Source: Bugula neritina
Lineage: Eukaryota > Animalia > Bryozoa
Length of the DNA: 20,719 nt
Direction: 5' to 3'
NCBI GenBank assembly: GCA_964035545.1
Contig: CAXIUT010000125.1
Coordinates: 1-20,719, forward strand
Shown here: in pieces, positions 20,567 to 20,719 of the stretch
How positions within the stretch are numbered: position 1 is the stretch's first letter
Layout: each line of letters starts with the position of its first letter
Notes under the pieces: model-generated
What the model saw: only the letters and a program-made list of their open reading frames with translations
The model's database searches: none
What the model was told of the DNA's origin: nothing
Made by a program: the position numbers and the translations under genes

Positions 20567-20719
20567 ATGGGCAAAAACGCAAAAGCCAAGCCTAAAGCTC
20601 CTCCTAAAAAACAAAAATCAGCTAAGATTGCACGTCCTGCTCCTAAAAAAGTAGCCAAAGTATCAACTTCAAGAACTAAGCCAGCAAAAAAGTGTCTTCC
20701 TAAGAAAGTTGCTAAGACT
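20567..20719 (+). CDS. Lys/Ala/Pro-rich basic protein, 5' part only (linker histone H1-like or a basic N-terminal extension)
   Basis: MGKNAKAKPKAPPKKQKSAKIARPAPKKVAKVSTSRTKPAKKCLPKKVAKT; runs off the window; PKKVAK occurs twice. Confidence 0.6.
   Translation, partial: MGKNAKAKPKAPPKKQKSAKIARPAPKKVAKVSTSRTKPAKKCLPKKVAKT

Overview
Left end of a ciliate macronuclear chromosome. It starts with an 81-nt C-rich telomere (mixed C4A2/C4A3/C5A2 units), followed by about 14 very tightly packed, AT-rich protein genes. The supplied standard-code ORF track is misleading. Conserved positions in Myb, centrin, B-box, PX and Nup188-like domains show that TAA and TAG both encode Glu and TGA is the stop. This is the peritrich nuclear code (NCBI table 30), so the organism is most likely a peritrich ciliate. 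All four introns I can support are exactly 20 nt (GTA...AG). Recognisable genes: dynein roadblock/LC7, ICL1-type centrin, Myb/SANT protein, RING-B-box-coiled-coil protein, coiled-coil-SPRY protein, PX-domain (sorting nexin-like) protein, an intronless 2276-aa FG-repeat/Nup188-like nucleoporin, and a K/A/P-rich H1-like partial gene. The telomere-proximal ~5 kb is full of single-base frame switches, probably read errors. The most novel candidates are a 'split TRIM' pair (RBCC gene plus SPRY gene, 59 nt apart, which one GT-AG splice would fuse in frame), the FG-Nup188 chimera, and an excess of UAR codons just before terminal TGA. All translations and alignments were done by eye against remembered family consensus; no searches were run.
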